Positions 34,892 through 37,398 of a stretch of 37,398 nucleotides of DNA are shown piece by piece. Every line of letters starts with the position of its first letter. Positions within the stretch are counted from its first letter, which is position 1. Below the pieces are notes generated by a model. It had not been told where the DNA came from, ran no database searches, and worked only from the letters and a program-made list of their open reading frames with translations. This DNA comes from a virus (lineage: Duplodnaviria; Caudoviricetes). The stretch covers positions 1-37,398 of IMG/VR virus record IMGVR_UViG_3300032327_000277; one strand, written 5' to 3'. The position numbers and the translations under genes were made by a program.

Positions 34892-36928
34892 ATGCCATTA
34901 TCATTTAGATTGACCCCCGAGTTTGTAGAGGGCTACAGGGCTAAGCCCGTTCCTTGGGGATACAAAGACGTAGCAGGGAACTCAGTAGGCGAGATTACTT
35001 TTCTCCGCACCTACTCTCGTCTAAAGAAAGACGGAACTAAAGAAACTTGGGTAGACGTTTGCGAGCGAGTTATCAACGGAATGTACTCGCTACAAAAAGA
35101 CCACTGCAAGACCAATCGCCTACCTTGGAATGACGCAAAGGCACAGGCTTCCGCTAAAGAAGCATTTGACCGCCTGTTCAACCTCAAGTGGACACCTCCA
35201 GGTCGCGGACTCTGGGTTATGGGAACTGACATCGTAAACGTGCAGAAGAACTCAGCCGCTTTGCAGAACTGCGCCTTCGTTAGCACTAACGAAATGACTA
35301 AGGCAAGCCCTAGCAAGCCTTTTGCGTTCCTTATGGAAGCCTCAATGCTTGGCGTTGGAGTTGGCTTTGACGACAAAGGTGCAGACAAGGGCTTCAAGAT
35401 TTATGAGCCGAAAGACGGGCTGTTGACCTACTGCGTACCTGACACTCGCGAGGGCTGGGTAGAATCAACTGTTTTATTAATTGACTCGTATTTAAAGCAA
35501 GGACAAGAAAAAGTCGAGTTTGATTACACATCAATCAGACCATACGGTGCGCCTATCGCTACCTTTGGTGGTACAGCCGCTGGTCACGAACCCCTTCTCA
35601 AACTGCACGAGCAAATCCGTAAGTTGTTCAAAGACCGCGCTGGCACTTTGCTTACTCGCGTTGACATCGCTGACATCGGAAACATCATTGGTGTCTGCGT
35701 AGTCTCTGGTAACGTACGCCGTTCAGCTGAACTTCTCCTTGGTCGAATTGACGATGAGAACTTCTTGAATCTCAAAAATGCAGAAAAGTTCCCTGAGCGT
35801 AACTCATACGATGCAGAGAATCCAGGCTGGGCATGGATGTCTAACAATTCTGTTGAGACTTCAGTAGGCACAGACCTATCCAACATCGTAGACGGAATCG
35901 CGCGTAACGGTGAGCCTGGAGTTATCTGGATGGATGTTACTCGAAAGTATGGTCGCTTGGCTGACCAACCCAACAATAAAGACTGGCGAGCCGCTGGCTA
36001 CAACCCCTGCGCCGAACAGTCTTTGGAATCGTTTGAGTGCTGTACCTTGGTAGAGACTTACCTAAACAGACACGAATCTATCGAGGACTACAAGCGAACT
36101 CTCAAGTTTGCCTACCTCTATGCTAAGACTGTTACTCTTCTCCCTACTCATTGGGAAGAGACCAACGCTATTATGCAACGTAACCGTCGCATCGGAACTT
36201 CTATGTCAGGCGTAGCCAATTTCGCTGACCTAAAGGGCCTACCTGTATTGCGCGAGTGGATGGACAACGGCTATCAAACAATTGTCAATTACGATAAAAG
36301 CTATTCTGAATGGCTAGGTATCCGCGAATCGATCAAAACAACAACAATTAAACCTTCCGGTACGGTCTCAATTCTCTCTGGTGAATCTCCAGGCGTGCAT
36401 TGGACTCCCGGCGGCGAGTATTTCTTGCGTGCAATCCGATTTGGTAATGACGACCCTATGCTCTCTCTCTTTAAAATGGCTAACTACCGAGTAGAACCTG
36501 CTAGTGAAAATCCTACTAAGACTTCTGTAGTGTTTTTCCCTATTAAATCTCTCGCAAAACGCTCTGAAAAAGATGTCTCTATCTTTGAGAAGGTTGCTCT
36601 CGCAGCAACGGCTCAGCGGTACTGGTCAGACAACTCTGTTTCTGTAACTATCTCGTTTGACGCTGAGAAAGAAATTGACCACGTAGGCACAGTTCTCCAC
36701 ATGTACGATGGGCAACTAAAGACTATTTCGTTCTTGCCTATGGGCAACCACGTTTATCCACAGATGCCATACAGTCAGATTACTGAGGCTGAGTACGATG
36801 AATACGCACTAAGGCTATTTCCAATTGACTTTAAAGGTATTTACGAGGGTTTGGCTCTTGACGCTGTCGGTGAGAATTACTGCACCACAGACGCGTGTGA
36901 GGTAAAACTAATTAGAGACAACCAGTAA
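34892..36928 (+). CDS. nrdJ: Class II (AdoCbl-dependent) monomeric-type ribonucleotide reductase
   Basis: FLRTYSR, PPGRGLW, NCAF, GNVRRSA, NPCAEQ, KPSGT, C-terminal CTTDAC; no adjacent beta subunit. Confidence 0.95.
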   Translation: MPLSFRLTPEFVEGYRAKPVPWGYKDVAGNSVGEITFLRTYSRLKKDGTKETWVDVCERVINGMYSLQKDHCKTNRLPWNDAKAQASAKEAFDRLFNLKWTPPGRGLWVMGTDIVNVQKNSAALQNCAFVSTNEMTKASPSKPFAFLMEASMLGVGVGFDDKGADKGFKIYEPKDGLLTYCVPDTREGWVESTVLLIDSYLKQGQEKVEFDYTSIRPYGAPIATFGGTAAGHEPLLKLHEQIRKLFKDRAGTLLTRVDIADIGNIIGVCVVSGNVRRSAELLLGRIDDENFLNLKNAEKFPERNSYDAENPGWAWMSNNSVETSVGTDLSNIVDGIARNGEPGVIWMDVTRKYGRLADQPNNKDWRAAGYNPCAEQSLESFECCTLVETYLNRHESIEDYKRTLKFAYLYAKTVTLLPTHWEETNAIMQRNRRIGTSMSGVANFADLKGLPVLREWMDNGYQTIVNYDKSYSEWLGIRESIKTTTIKPSGTVSILSGESPGVHWTPGGEYFLRAIRFGNDDPMLSLFKMANYRVEPASENPTKTSVVFFPIKSLAKRSEKDVSIFEKVALAATAQRYWSDNSVSVTISFDAEKEIDHVGTVLHMYDGQLKTISFLPMGNHVYPQMPYSQITEAEYDEYALRLFPIDFKGIYEGLALDAVGENYCTTDACEVKLIRDNQ

Positions 36929-36940
36929 TACAGGCAATAG

Positions 36941-36977
36941 AAAAGCCCCTAGCAATTCGCTAGGGGCTTTTTTATTT
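36941..36977. terminator. Bidirectional intrinsic terminator
   Basis: AAAA-GCCCCTAGC-aattc-GCTAGGGGC-TTTTTT between convergent genes. Confidence 0.9.
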
Positions 36978-36983
36978 AATTAA

Positions 36984-37175
36984 TTAATTCTCTTCAGCGC
37001 AATCTACGCAAATGTCTCCGCCATTAAAACTAGCATACTCTTCCATTTCATCCATACCGCACCACGCACAGGGTGGGAAATCAACTGGCTCTAGAAATAC
37101 ACGCGCACAGCACCCATCGCAATCGTGGGTGGCGTGTACATGAGTCAGGTCGTGCTCGCAAACATACTTAGTCAT
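36984..37175 (-). CDS. Small Cys/His-rich protein
   Basis: CEH...CDGCC, CAWC...CVDC; GGAG RBS. Confidence 0.7.
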   Translation of the reverse strand: MTKYVCEHDLTHVHATHDCDGCCARVFLEPVDFPPCAWCGMDEMEEYASFNGGDICVDCAEEN

Positions 37176-37397
37176 TTAGTTTGTCTCCTTTATGCTTAGT
37201 GTGGCACGAGGGTCAATGATTTTACCTACGGTTGACTCTCGCAAAGACTTGTTTAGCCCTCTAACGCTATGCCAGTCCATCGGGGCAAACTGGTCTAGCA
37301 AGAAGCATTGACGCATAGACTCGGTGTCCTTGTGGTCGTCTAGCCATTCTAGGTAATCCTTGAGCAACTTACCTTTAAGTTCATAAGTGGCTTGAAT
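37176..37397 (-). CDS. Hypothetical protein (partial, runs off window end)
   Basis: Frame open to base 37397 (IQATYELKGKLLKDY...). Confidence 0.6.
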   Translation of the reverse strand: MQATYELKGKLLKDYLEWLDDHKDTESMRQCFLLDQFAPMDWHSVRGLNKSLRESTVGKIIDPRATLSIKETN

Positions 37398-37398
37398 A

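Noticed and set aside
514-35976. Numerous 60-220 aa antisense or nested ORFs in the track (e.g. 22443-23102, 25458-25955, 35011-35397)
   Set aside because: They overlap well-supported genes and show no recognisable motifs; treated as shadow ORFs
9964-36928. Inteins or introns in dnaB, polA, recA, nrdJ
   Set aside because: Lengths are ordinary, frames are uninterrupted, and no splice-junction or homing-endonuclease motifs were seen
1-37398. Stop-codon reassignment or suppressor tRNA
   Set aside because: Conserved genes are full length in the standard code and TAA, TAG and TGA all end genes; the UAA anticodon reads UUA (Leu), not a stop

Overview
A 37.4-kb segment of a contractile-tailed (myovirus-like) dsDNA bacteriophage genome. 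The host is most likely actinobacterial, given WhiB, leaderless TANNNT-N6-ATG starts and an M23 lysin. The AT-rich look (judged by eye, not computed) suggests a freshwater actinophage; this is inference. Order: end of baseplate/tail module (gp25-like, baseplate J, large tail protein with repeats); replication module (SLOG-like protein, initiator with internal iteron-like repeats, DnaC-like loader, SWIM finger, DnaB, DnaG, SNF2 helicase); inverted lysis pair (M23 peptidase + holin-like) divergent from an NlpC/P60 lipoprotein; three tRNAs (Asn, Thr, short-arm Leu-UAA) with structured spacers; thyX; SSB; PolA (Leu762 type); RecA; MT-A70 methyltransferase; two resolvase-like nucleases; WhiB; Cas4-like nuclease; SpoVS; metallophosphoesterase; a run of small unknown genes; a nucleotidyltransferase / degenerate HAD / degenerate TGT-barrel-Cys4 trio; class II ribonucleotide reductase. 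The best candidate for an undescribed system is the trio at 31948-34748, whose last gene carries a cluster of CTGATATAT motifs and a 17-bp inverted repeat bracketing its C-terminal domain. All family calls come from motif recognition by eye; no database searches were run.
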